From Anaerolineales bacterium (GTDB lineage: Bacteria > Chloroflexota > Anaerolineae > Anaerolineales > Villigracilaceae): DNA of 57,408 bases. Location: contig DAOQID010000006.1 of assembly GCA_035339375.1 (NCBI GenBank), positions 1 through 57,408 of the forward strand, read 5' to 3'. The translations under genes and the position numbers were made by a program. The notes under the pieces were generated by a model. It searched no databases. It had not been told where the DNA came from and saw nothing but the letters and a program-made list of their open reading frames with translations. Of this stretch, positions 8,706 to 17,926 are shown piece by piece; the stretch's first letter is position 1, and every line of letters begins with the position of its first letter.

Positions 8706-10151
8706 TTATTCGGTTATTTTCTCAAGTGGGCCCGAAACAGAAAAATATATGGCGGTCTTGGTGGATTGTGTCAGACGATAGGAATGTGCTGGGCGATACC
8801 CCGGCACCCAAATGATCTGGTCGCCAGCGCACAACAAGGGCCAATGATCTCTGGCACGCTGGGGCATTTTCTCGTTGACAAAGAAATCGGAAAGCTTTTG
8901 CGAATGACCTTCCAAACCAAGCGGTTCGAAGGTATCTCCCTGATGGCGGACTCGCAATTCAAGCATCTCGGGAACCCGTTCGGCATCCAACCAGATCTGG
9001 AACGGATCTTCATTCCTCTCAGCCTGCTCGCGTACCAATGTGGGAATATGCCAACGCTCGCAGCTAAACCGCCACCCACCTGCAAGTTCCACCTGCCCAG
9101 GAATTGCCACCTGAACGGGGGTTGTGCTGGGCATTTGCGGCCAGAGGTTGAAGGGGAGTTTCGAATTTTGGGTGCAAACGTACAAAACACCCGCTTCGCG
9201 GAACATGCGCAAACCGCCTTTCAAATCCACGCTGGAGGAGTGGGAACGGTCTTTGATCAGGTCGGTTGCCCGTTCCAGGGCGGAAAAGTTCACATCCAGC
9301 TTTGGGCGCAGAATCTGCATGGCATGTTTGACCAGATTCCGCTGGAGTCCGATCGAGCGGTTGGCAAGCAGGTCGGCGTCAAAGGCAATGGTATCCTCTT
9401 CCACACTGGTAACAACTTCCTGCCATGCATTTTCGAGCGTTTCCATCAGGAGAGAGTAATCACTCTTCAGCGATTGGGACATGCGCAGCACGACATCGCG
9501 GAATTTTGGGTTGTAGCTTTCGAGGCTTGGGATCAAAAGGTGGCGGATACGGTTACGCTGAAAATTGATCGAATCGTTGCTTGAGTCGTAATGTGGGCGC
9601 AAACCGTTGGCCGCACAAAAGATGGTGGTCTCTTCACGCCAGGTGTTCAGCAACGGGCGCACAATGGGAATCTTGGGGTCAAATGTTTTGATGATGGAGC
9701 GATGCGACATTCCCTTTAAACCCGAGATGCCGCTTCCACGCAGGAAATGCATGAGAATGGTTTCCACCTGGTCATCTGCTGTGTGACCTACCGCGACCGC
9801 CTGTGCGTTCCTTTCACGTGCCAATTTAAACATGAAGTGGTATCGCAAATTACGGGCCGCTTCTTCCAGTGACAGTTTTTGCTGATCTGCATAAGCGCGC
9901 ACATCTGCGCCATCAATGATGCAACCCAGCATCAGGCGGGCGGCGATCTTTTCCACCATATGGGCATCCTGCCCGGCTTCGGGGCGGAGTTGGTGATTGA
10001 AATGCGCAATAATGATGGAATAGCCCGCCTGCCTCAAGGTTTCCATCAAGCACAAACTATCCGGCCCGCCAGAGACCCCGACAATGATCGGGCGGTCTTT
10101 AACGAGGCCGCATTCGTCCTGCAGGGTGGCGTCCATGTTTTCCAGCATCAT
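8706..10151 (-). CDS. tilS: tRNA(Ile)-lysidine synthetase
   Basis: SGGPDS PP-loop, EEAARNLRY, GHTADDQVET, RPLL, RNRIR, C-terminal TilS_C (GD.F.P.G...KLSDFF). Confidence 0.95.
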   Translation of the reverse strand: MMLENMDATLQDECGLVKDRPIIVGVSGGPDSLCLMETLRQAGYSIIIAHFNHQLRPEAGQDAHMVEKIAARLMLGCIIDGADVRAYADQQKLSLEEAARNLRYHFMFKLARERNAQAVAVGHTADDQVETILMHFLRGSGISGLKGMSHRSIIKTFDPKIPIVRPLLNTWREETTIFCAANGLRPHYDSSNDSINFQRNRIRHLLIPSLESYNPKFRDVVLRMSQSLKSDYSLLMETLENAWQEVVTSVEEDTIAFDADLLANRSIGLQRNLVKHAMQILRPKLDVNFSALERATDLIKDRSHSSSVDLKGGLRMFREAGVLYVCTQNSKLPFNLWPQMPSTTPVQVAIPGQVELAGGWRFSCERWHIPTLVREQAERNEDPFQIWLDAERVPEMLELRVRHQGDTFEPLGLEGHSQKLSDFFVNEKMPQRARDHWPLLCAGDQIIWVPGYRPAHSYRLTQSTKTAIYFSVSGPLEKITE

Positions 10152-10220
10152 ATCTTTACTTCGCTTTAATTGTGTGCTTTACAAAAACCACAGAGGGGTT
10201 TCTGCATCAAAGCCACGGGG

Positions 10221-10625
10221 CTAAATTTGATATAACTCCACCAACACGCCACCAGTGGATTCAGGGTGGATGAAGGCGTATTTTTTTCCGTCAACCGCGG
10301 TGCGCGGCTCTTCGTTGATCAAGCGGATGTTCTTCGCCTTCAACTGTGACATCATTCCTTCGATGTCATCCACTTCAAGGCAGAGGTGATGCATGCCGGG
10401 TCCGCGCTTGGCCAGATACTTGGCAATTCCCGAATCGTCAGAAGTGGGCATCACCAATTCCACTTCAGCGCCTGCAACGGGCAAAAAAGCCACCTGCGAT
10501 TTTTCAGCAGGGACATCTCGTAGTTCATGCAATTGAATTCCAAGCGCATCGCGCCAGAACAAAAGGGATTTTTCCATGTCGTCCACGACGACCGCAACAT
10601 GATTGACAGCTTTGATTTTTGGCAT
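10221..10625 (-). CDS. mce: Methylmalonyl-CoA epimerase (VOC family)
   Basis: NHVAVVV, EVELVMP, GPGMHHLCLEVDDI, AFIHPESTGGVLVEL; start at MPKIK with AGGA SD. Confidence 0.9.
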   Translation of the reverse strand: MPKIKAVNHVAVVVDDMEKSLLFWRDALGIQLHELRDVPAEKSQVAFLPVAGAEVELVMPTSDDSGIAKYLAKRGPGMHHLCLEVDDIEGMMSQLKAKNIRLINEEPRTAVDGKKYAFIHPESTGGVLVELYQI

Positions 10626-10647
10626 AGTGTTCCTCAACGGTTGGATT

Positions 10648-11337
10648 TTACTTCCGATTAACGATTTCAAGCGCCACGGAAATGACCTTTTCCACCCACA
10701 TGGAGTACATCTTCCCTGATGGATGCAAACGGTCTGGGGCGAGTAATTCAAAATCATCCATTGCCATGCGGGAGATCTCAGTGACATCCACATAATGTGC
10801 CCCGGCGGATTTGGTTTCTTCAAGGTTAACTGCATTAAATCCGTCGATTTGCAGGCTGATTGGTTCTGTTTCGCGGGTGGCGGCAAAGGGGGTAAACCCC
10901 CAATCGGGAATGGATAACACAATCACATGCTGTGGATCGCCCCCGGCGTATTCAATGGCCTTACCAAGCATAAAGCGGAAATCCTCCCGATAACCATCCA
11001 GCGGATAACCGCGATACTGGTCATTCACCCCGATCAAGAGTGTGACGAGATCATACCTTCCTTCGGGCGGGGTGACTTGAATGCCCTCCCAAAGTTCATC
11101 CACGGTCCAGCCTGTACGGGCAATGATGGTGGTCTCGGCATGAATTCCCTGTTCTTCCAATTTGGCAGCAAGTTGATTCGGCCAACGCTCGCTTTCCCTC
11201 ACACTTTCACCGATGGTATAAGAGTCACCGAGAGCAAGATAGCGAATTTCCATTTTTGTTGCATTCTCCACGGTTGGTTCTAAAGGTTGGGAACAGGCAA
11301 AAAGAAAAACAGACAGTACAAATGCAATTTTTCTCAC
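10648..11337 (-). CDS. SGNH/GDSL hydrolase lipoprotein
   Basis: Lipobox LFAC; GDSYT, IGVND, DRLHPS motifs; GTG start. Confidence 0.88.
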   Translation of the reverse strand: MRKIAFVLSVFLFACSQPLEPTVENATKMEIRYLALGDSYTIGESVRESERWPNQLAAKLEEQGIHAETTIIARTGWTVDELWEGIQVTPPEGRYDLVTLLIGVNDQYRGYPLDGYREDFRFMLGKAIEYAGGDPQHVIVLSIPDWGFTPFAATRETEPISLQIDGFNAVNLEETKSAGAHYVDVTEISRMAMDDFELLAPDRLHPSGKMYSMWVEKVISVALEIVNRK

Positions 11338-11351
11338 AAGGCAAGTATATC

Positions 11352-11387
11352 AAAAATCGTCCCAGCCAGTTTGGCAGGGACGATTTT
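11352..11387 (-). terminator. Intrinsic terminator downstream of crtB
   Basis: AAAAATCGTCCC...GGGACGATTTTT hairpin. Confidence 0.65.
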
Positions 11388-11409
11388 TTTCGAATGGGTG
11401 AGAGAAGAA

Positions 11410-12357
11410 CTAAAGTGAGCGGACCTTCAGCCACAAGCTCGGAATTCGGCTGATCTTACCCATGGCAGAAAGGCTGGCACGGCGATTGAATACGTTGTAA
11501 TCGTGTTTTTCGATATCTTCCAAAATACCGCAATAAAAAGTGGATGCCGCTCCGATGGCTAGCTGGCCTTCACGCTCGAGCATTTTCACGCCTTCCCAGG
11601 ATTCTTCATATAGCTGGCGGGTACGGTCGATCTGGAATTTCATGAACTGGCGCCAACGATCTGTCACTTTTCCTTCGGCAATATCTGCTTCCTGAATACC
11701 GTAGAAGACAAGTTCTTCGCGTGGCAGGTAGATGCGCCCGTTACGGTAATCCTCCCCCACATCGCGCAGGATGTTGGTCATTTGCAGGGCAACGCCAAGT
11801 TTAATGGCGTAGGGCACAGCATCATGGCCCTTGAAACCGACAATGTACATGCTCATCAACCCCACAGTGGAGGCGACACCGTAGCAATAAGTGGCGAGGT
11901 CTTCAAAGGTTTGGTAGCGGGTTTGGGAAAGATCACGCGCCACACCGTCGATTAATTGCAGGGCATAATGATGCGGAATATGGTATCGGGTAAGGGTATC
12001 TGCCCAGGCGGAGGCAACCGGGTCATCGGTCGGGGAAGAAGCGGTCTTTACAATGTTGCGCCAATAATCGAGTTCAAAGTCGCGGTCTTTTTTCAACTCG
12101 ACTTCATCCACAATATCATCCACGGTTCGGCAAAAAGCATACAAGGCACGGACGGCGGAACGTTTTTCTTCAGGAAGCAGCCCGGAAGCCAGGTAGAAAG
12201 ATTTGGAATGTTCACTGGTGATCTTTGCGGCCTTTTTATAGGCGGCGTGCAGTTGGGCATCTCCAGCCCAGTACGAAAAGAAGGGACGGGCAGAAGTGTG
12301 GGGGAAGTGCCCCGCGAGGGCGATCAGTTGGCTTTCCCAATTCGCTTGTGCTTGCAT
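11410..12357 (-). CDS. crtB: Phytoene synthase
   Basis: SKSFY, ALYAFCRTVDDIVD, YCYGVASTVG, LGVALQMTNILRDVGED..GRIYLP. Confidence 0.93.
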   Translation of the reverse strand: MQAQANWESQLIALAGHFPHTSARPFFSYWAGDAQLHAAYKKAAKITSEHSKSFYLASGLLPEEKRSAVRALYAFCRTVDDIVDEVELKKDRDFELDYWRNIVKTASSPTDDPVASAWADTLTRYHIPHHYALQLIDGVARDLSQTRYQTFEDLATYCYGVASTVGLMSMYIVGFKGHDAVPYAIKLGVALQMTNILRDVGEDYRNGRIYLPREELVFYGIQEADIAEGKVTDRWRQFMKFQIDRTRQLYEESWEGVKMLEREGQLAIGAASTFYCGILEDIEKHDYNVFNRRASLSAMGKISRIPSLWLKVRSL

Positions 12358-12414
12358 GTTCTCTCCTGTTTTTAGTTTCTCTGAGTAGGGCTAAAACAAC
12401 GTGCTGATGAAAAT

Positions 12415-12442
12415 ATTTTACAGGATATGTCTATTTTGTCAA
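12415..12442 (-). promoter_or_regulatory. sigma70-type promoter for crtB
   Basis: Minus strand TTGACA (12442-12437), 16 nt, TAAAAT (12420-12415); TAGACA within the spacer. Confidence 0.6.
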
Positions 12443-12471
12443 GGTTTTGCAAAGTATTTTTCAAGCAAACC

Positions 12472-12499
12472 TTGACAAATACTAGACAAAGCATATAAT
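12472..12499 (+). promoter_or_regulatory. sigma70 promoter for the crtI operon, overlapped by a CarH-type direct-repeat operator
   Basis: TTGACA (12472), 16 nt, TATAAT (12494); TnnACA repeats 11 bp apart (TTGACA 12472, TAGACA 12483). Confidence 0.7.
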
Positions 12500-12535
12500 A
12501 ACCTAAGACGTTTTTTGAACCTCAAGGAGAAAATT

Positions 12536-14071
12536 ATGCGAAAACAGACCGCAGTAGTGATTGGTGCAGGCATCGGTGGAATCGCCACTGCCGCCCGCCT
12601 CGCCAAAAATGGATACGACGTGACCGTTGTGGAGAAAAATGACACCCCCGGCGGACGTTGCAACCAGATTATTCAAGACGGCCACCGCTTCGATATTGGC
12701 CCCACCCTGTTCCTTATGCCTGAGGTATGGGAGGAGACCTTTGCCGCGCTCGGCGAAAAACTGAGCGACCACCTTGACCTGCGCCGTATTGATCCAACTT
12801 ACAAGGTCCGCTTTGATGATGGGCTACAGCTTGAATTGACTTCGAACATCGGCGATATGCAAACCCAGTTGGAAAAAGTGGAAAAGACCGCCTTTACTGG
12901 TTTTTTGAATTACATCGCTGAAGGCAGCAAACATTACAAAATATCCCTCGAAAAGTTCGTGGGACGCAATTTCTACAATATTTTTGAGTACTTCAGCCTT
13001 TCCAATTTGCCGCTGATCTTTCAACTCAAGGCGTTGGGCAAGCATTACACCAACACAGGTCGTTTCTTCAAAGACGAAAGGCTCAAAGCCGCCTTCACTT
13101 TCCAAAACATGTACCTGGGCCTCAGCCCATATGATGCCCCTGCCACCTACTCCCTGCTGCAGTACACAGAACTGGCAGAAGGTGTTTGGTACCCGATGGG
13201 CGGCATGTATGCCGGCATTCAGGCTCTGACCCGCATCGCTGAAAAGTTGGGCGTAAAGTTCATCTACGATGCGCCTGTGAAGAAGATCAAAACTGGAAAA
13301 TCAAAAGTGGATGGCGTGATTCTCGAAGATGGCCGCGAATTGACCGCTGATATTTTCGTCGGCAATGCAGACCTGCCCTACATTTACGACCAGCTTCTGC
13401 CTGACCGCGCCGAAGCGAAAAAACTCATCGACGAAAAGCTCTACACCTGCTCCACCATCATGTTCTATTGGGGCGTGGATAAGGAATACTCCCAGATCGC
13501 GCATCACAACGTCTTCCTTGGCGGCGAATACAAAGCCTCTTTCGAGAAGATCTTCAACGAACACACCCTGCCCGAAGTGCCATCGTTCTACGTCCATGCA
13601 CCCAAACGCACCGACCCAGCCGCCGCACCGGAAGGACAGGACACCCTGTATGTACTCGTCCCCGTCGGTCACCTTGACGCCCGTTCTGCACAGGATTGGG
13701 ATGCCCTGGTTGCCCGCGCCCGCCGCTACGTGCTTGACCGCCTTGCGAAAGAAATGGACGCGGCCGATCTCGAAGCGCATATCAAGTTTGAGATCGTGTA
13801 CCAGCCCAAAACATGGAAGGAGCGTTTCAACCTCGTCAACGGCTCAGCTTTTGGCCTAAGTCACAATTTCTGGCAGGTTGGTTACCTGCGCCCGCACAAC
13901 CGTCACAAAACCTACAAAAACATGTACTTTGCAGGCGCATCCACACACCCGGGCACAGGTCTGCCCATTGTCTTGCTCTCAGCCCGCCTGACCACCGAAC
14001 GCATTCTCAAAGAATTTACGGGCCAACAAGTAGAAGGCTACAAACTGGAAAAAGCAGTTGCACAAGGGTAA
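12536..14071 (+). CDS. crtI: Phytoene desaturase
   Basis: FAD-binding IGAGIGG, FDIGPT, YLGLSPYDAP, C-terminal YFAGASTHPGTGLPIVLLSA; SD AAGGAG. Confidence 0.93.
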   Translation: MRKQTAVVIGAGIGGIATAARLAKNGYDVTVVEKNDTPGGRCNQIIQDGHRFDIGPTLFLMPEVWEETFAALGEKLSDHLDLRRIDPTYKVRFDDGLQLELTSNIGDMQTQLEKVEKTAFTGFLNYIAEGSKHYKISLEKFVGRNFYNIFEYFSLSNLPLIFQLKALGKHYTNTGRFFKDERLKAAFTFQNMYLGLSPYDAPATYSLLQYTELAEGVWYPMGGMYAGIQALTRIAEKLGVKFIYDAPVKKIKTGKSKVDGVILEDGRELTADIFVGNADLPYIYDQLLPDRAEAKKLIDEKLYTCSTIMFYWGVDKEYSQIAHHNVFLGGEYKASFEKIFNEHTLPEVPSFYVHAPKRTDPAAAPEGQDTLYVLVPVGHLDARSAQDWDALVARARRYVLDRLAKEMDAADLEAHIKFEIVYQPKTWKERFNLVNGSAFGLSHNFWQVGYLRPHNRHKTYKNMYFAGASTHPGTGLPIVLLSARLTTERILKEFTGQQVEGYKLEKAVAQG

Positions 14072-14148
14072 TTCGGCACAAAGAAGGTACAATAGCCGTG
14101 CAAAACCTTTGCAGCTCACCCAATTTCAGCTTGTAACCGGAGTTCATC

Positions 14149-15471
14149 ATGTCCATCAGCAAAAACCCCGCCTTTAACTTAAAAGTCGTCCTGCAAGAAA
14201 CAGGCATCGCCGCCGACACGCTGCGAGCCTGGGAACGCAGGTATGGCATCCCCATGCCACAACGCACCGCAGGCGGGCATCGTTTGTATTCGCAATATGA
14301 TATCGAGACGATCAAATGGCTGATGGCCCGACAAGCCGAAGGACTCTCCATCTCTCGTGCAGTGGATCTGTGGAATGAACACAACGCTTCCGGCGCCGAC
14401 CCGTTGGCTGGTTTTATACCAACAACAAACATCGCCCCGTTGGCGACTCCTGCCATTACCCTTTCAGCCGATACAAGCCTTGACTCCATGCGGGCGCAAT
14501 GGATCGACGCCTGTCTCAATTTCAGTGAAGCCACTGCCGAGCAGGTTTTGAATCAAGGCTTTTCCATGTTTCCAGTGGAAGTCATCTGCACCGAAGTGCT
14601 GCAAAGGGGAATGTCTGAGATCGGCGGTCTTTGGTACGAAAACCGCGCATCGGTTCAACAGGAGCATTTTGCGTCAGGCCTGGCCATGCGTCGACTCGAC
14701 GCCCTGATCAGCGCTTCACCTGCCCCTTCTCTCAAACAGACCGTGTTGGTGGGATGCCCCCCCAATGAATGGCACACCTTCACCCCGCTTTTGCTCTGCC
14801 TGTTACTTCGCCGCCGCGGCTTTGGCGTCATTTACCTCGGAGCCAATGTCCCAGCGGAGCAATTTGAAGAAACCGTTTCCAGTGTGCATGCCAATATGGT
14901 CGTCCTTGTGGCTCAAACGCTCATTACCGCGGCCGCCTTACATTCCACTGCACTTTCCCTTGTCAACATGAAAATACCAGTCGGCTTCGGCGGCCGTATC
15001 TTCAATATTCATCCAGCCCTCAAAGAATACATCCCCGGTCATTACCTCGGCAACACAGTGACCGCCTCCGTTGAGCGGATCGAACAACTTTTGAAGGGCA
15101 ACCAGTCCAAGGTTCAGGCAAAAAGCGCCACCGAAGCTCATCACGTTGCGTTGGAGCATTTCAATTCCCAGCGTTTACACATTGAAAGCAGCATCAAGGA
15201 AATGCTTCCGCTGTTCGTCGCCAAAGACATTGACACCGGCATTCACTTCCTTGGCGATAACATCGCCGCCGCCCTCCAACTTGGTGATATGGAGCATGTC
15301 ACCGCCGAATTGGAATGGCTGAAAGTGCTCATGCAATCGCACCAACGTCCTGCCAGCGAACTGGCGGATTTCATGCACAATTACGCCACGGCTGTGGATA
15401 AGCACATCAATGGCCGCGGTGAACCGATCAAAGTCTGGCTGAACGAACAAGCCAGACTCACCCAGTTATGA
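14149..15471 (+). CDS. CarH/LitR-type MerR-family B12-binding photoreceptor/repressor with extra C-terminal helical domain
   Basis: MerR HTH (TLRAWERRYG.P.P.RTAGGHRLY), W-x9-EH (WYENRASVQQEH), B12-binding NEWH...YLGANVP; located in a crt cluster. Confidence 0.85.
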   Translation: MSISKNPAFNLKVVLQETGIAADTLRAWERRYGIPMPQRTAGGHRLYSQYDIETIKWLMARQAEGLSISRAVDLWNEHNASGADPLAGFIPTTNIAPLATPAITLSADTSLDSMRAQWIDACLNFSEATAEQVLNQGFSMFPVEVICTEVLQRGMSEIGGLWYENRASVQQEHFASGLAMRRLDALISASPAPSLKQTVLVGCPPNEWHTFTPLLLCLLLRRRGFGVIYLGANVPAEQFEETVSSVHANMVVLVAQTLITAAALHSTALSLVNMKIPVGFGGRIFNIHPALKEYIPGHYLGNTVTASVERIEQLLKGNQSKVQAKSATEAHHVALEHFNSQRLHIESSIKEMLPLFVAKDIDTGIHFLGDNIAAALQLGDMEHVTAELEWLKVLMQSHQRPASELADFMHNYATAVDKHINGRGEPIKVWLNEQARLTQL

Positions 15472-16040
15472 CAAAACAAGACATCCTTTCAACCTTTTAC
15501 CATAAACTTTTACCTCTATTCCCCCCGCGGACCGAAGGCTACCTCAACCGCCTCACCGCGCAGGATTTACAGCACTCCAATTTTCGTTACATCTTTTCCG
15601 TGCAAAGCATGATCGAGATCAGTCACATGATCGAAGACTCGGTCATTAACACGCCCGGCGTGGCGGAGACGCACGTCTCTTTCCAATATTTTTCACGCAT
15701 TCCTGCTCAATTGGAGCAATACAGGAAAGTGTCAGAAGCATCCACTGGTTTGTGGTTGTATGGTGTGCCAGATGCACCCCTGCCCCAGCTTTCCCGCACC
15801 ATCGGCGTCAGCACAGATGGGACTCCACTGGAAACCTATTGGTTTGTGGTTGCCTATGGCCCAGGTCTTTACGCCACCCTGCTCGCAGAAGAGATCACCC
15901 CGGAGGAAGGCCAGCGCATGTACGAAGGTTTTTATACCTTTGAACCAGAGACAGCCTTTCAAGTAGTTTCACTGCTGCACCAAATGTTCCCCATGCAGGT
16001 ACCGGCGCCGATTGCGCCTCAAGACCAGGAGCACGCCTGA
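15468..16040 (+). CDS. Stand-alone DICT sensory domain protein
   Basis: ISHMIED, SFQYFSR, YWFVV..GP....TLLAEE, YEGFYTFEP motifs; ATGA overlap with the regulator. Confidence 0.7.
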   Translation: MTKQDILSTFYHKLLPLFPPRTEGYLNRLTAQDLQHSNFRYIFSVQSMIEISHMIEDSVINTPGVAETHVSFQYFSRIPAQLEQYRKVSEASTGLWLYGVPDAPLPQLSRTIGVSTDGTPLETYWFVVAYGPGLYATLLAEEITPEEGQRMYEGFYTFEPETAFQVVSLLHQMFPMQVPAPIAPQDQEHA

Positions 16041-16041
16041 C

Positions 16042-16878
16042 ATGAACATACGCATCGTCACAGACAGCACTTGCGATCTGCCAGATGAAGTCACAAAGCA
16101 GCAGGCCATTACGGTGATTCCACTGAACATCAATATTGGCAATGACACGTTCCAAGATGGCATTGACCTCACCCGTACTGAATTCTATGCCCGCTTGCCA
16201 GAATATTCCCCCTCACCTAAAACCGCAGCGCCCGGGCCTGATGTTTTCAAAAAGGAATACGAACGCCTTGCTGATGAAGGAGCGCGATCGATTCTCTCGA
16301 TACACATCTCAGAGACATTAAGCGCCACGATCAACTCAGCGCGCACCGCCGCGGAACAATTCACCCGCATCCCGGTCATCGTGCTCGATTCCAGCCAGCT
16401 TAGCCTTGGCACAGGCTTTCTGGTTGAAAAAGCTGCGATCATGGGCGCAGCCGGGGAAACGATGGAGATGATCGTCTCAACCCTGCAAAAAACAATGAAG
16501 CGGACTTATGTCTTCGCCTCGCTCAAGACACTCGAATACCTCCGCCGCAGCGGACGAATGAACTTCGCGCTTGCCAGTTTCGGCGAACTTTTACAGATCA
16601 AACCGCTGCTGCACATGCATCTTGGAAAAGCCACCGCCCACCGCACGCGCACCCAAAAACGGGCAACCGAACGTCTGCTTTCCTGGCTGAATGAATATGC
16701 TCCCTATGAAAAACTGGCCGTCTTGCATGCAGGGGCACAGGATGAAGCCGAGGCACTGCGAGAAAAAGTACGCTCGTTCCTGCCCAATGACGATGTTTCC
16801 ATCATCCAGATCACCCCGGTGCTTGGTGCGCACCTCGGCATCGGCGCACTGGGGTTTGCCTGCATTTCAAAGGAATAA
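16042..16878 (+). CDS. DegV family fatty-acid-binding protein
   Basis: IVTDSTCDL, PKTAAP, IHIS..LS.T, LEYLRRSGR, IKPLL, VLGAHLG. Confidence 0.92.
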   Translation: MNIRIVTDSTCDLPDEVTKQQAITVIPLNINIGNDTFQDGIDLTRTEFYARLPEYSPSPKTAAPGPDVFKKEYERLADEGARSILSIHISETLSATINSARTAAEQFTRIPVIVLDSSQLSLGTGFLVEKAAIMGAAGETMEMIVSTLQKTMKRTYVFASLKTLEYLRRSGRMNFALASFGELLQIKPLLHMHLGKATAHRTRTQKRATERLLSWLNEYAPYEKLAVLHAGAQDEAEALREKVRSFLPNDDVSIIQITPVLGAHLGIGALGFACISKE

Positions 16879-16882
16879 GCTC

Positions 16883-17209
16883 ATGAAAATTGCAAAACTC
16901 ATTTCCATTCTCGGCATTCTTGCCATGACCGCCGCTCTCGTCAACGGGTTTACCCGCGGAGACTTCTTCGGCGAGGGCGGTCAGCTGGCCGCCATGCCGT
17001 GGGGCATTGTTTCACTTGTGGACCTGTACACCGGCTTCACCCTCTTTTCAGGCTGGATCATTTTCCGTGAAAAGTCACTGCCCGTCGCCATTGCATGGAC
17101 AGTAGCCATGATGGTCCTCGGCTTCTTCGCTGGCAGTCTCTACGCTTTCATTGCCCTGCAAACCAGCGGCAATGACTGGCGCAAATTCTGGCTCGGAAAA
17201 CATGCCTGA
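16883..17209 (+). CDS. Small membrane protein (DUF1475-like)
   Basis: 108 aa, 3-4 TM; PWGIVSLVDLYTGF...WIIFRE motif; SD AAGGA. Confidence 0.65.
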   Translation: MKIAKLISILGILAMTAALVNGFTRGDFFGEGGQLAAMPWGIVSLVDLYTGFTLFSGWIIFREKSLPVAIAWTVAMMVLGFFAGSLYAFIALQTSGNDWRKFWLGKHA

Positions 17210-17900
17210 AAGAACACTCGCGCCACAGGGCAAGGGGCGTGAACTTCTTGAAGAATTGCAAACGGTCTTTGCAGGCCGCAATTCCTTCATGGACGCGATC
17301 CTTCCGCCGATTCTCTTTTTGGCGGTCAATGGCTTGGTGAATTTTCAAGCCGCCATGTGGAGCGCACTGGCCCTTGCCATCTTCTTCGCCGCGTTTCGCA
17401 TCGTTCGAAAACAGTCGCTGATGTACGCGCTGGCAGGAGTGGGCAGTGTGGCGGCCGCCATTGGAATTGCCTGGTTCCTTGGCAAGTCTGAGGGATTTTT
17501 TCTGCCCGGGCTCATTAGCGGAAGTGTGACCCTGTTCCTGACCATTTTGAGTCTGGTCATCCGCCGCCCCATGGTGGCATGGACCAGCTACCTGGCCCGC
17601 CGCTGGCCCCTGGAATGGTATTGGCATCCGCTTGTGATGCCCGCTTACAGTGAAGTGACTTTTGCATGGGCTGTCTTTTTTGCCATCCGTCTGCTTTACC
17701 AGTTCGTATTTTTTCAAGATGCTGATGTCAATTCGCTGGCGGCTCTCAATTTCATCACAGGCTGGCCTGCCACAGTTCTGTTATTGGTGGTGAGTTATCT
17801 CTACGGCACATGGCGACTCGCCCAACTGCGCGGCCCCAGCGTACAGGAATTTCTCGACGACTCCCCCGCCCCGTGGCAGGGTCAGCGACGCGGTTTCTAA
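17202..17900 (+). CDS. Membrane protein (DUF3159-like)
   Basis: Multi-TM; DAILPPILF, EGFFLPGL, RRPMV, AYSEVT..W motifs. Confidence 0.65.
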   Translation: MPERTLAPQGKGRELLEELQTVFAGRNSFMDAILPPILFLAVNGLVNFQAAMWSALALAIFFAAFRIVRKQSLMYALAGVGSVAAAIGIAWFLGKSEGFFLPGLISGSVTLFLTILSLVIRRPMVAWTSYLARRWPLEWYWHPLVMPAYSEVTFAWAVFFAIRLLYQFVFFQDADVNSLAALNFITGWPATVLLLVVSYLYGTWRLAQLRGPSVQEFLDDSPAPWQGQRRGF

Positions 17901-17926
17901 TCAACTTTATAAAAGGAAAATCCTCA

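Noticed and set aside
10626-10922. N-terminal extension of mce in the ORF track
   Set aside because: Overlaps the GDSL gene; the family-like sequence starts at MPKIK (10625).
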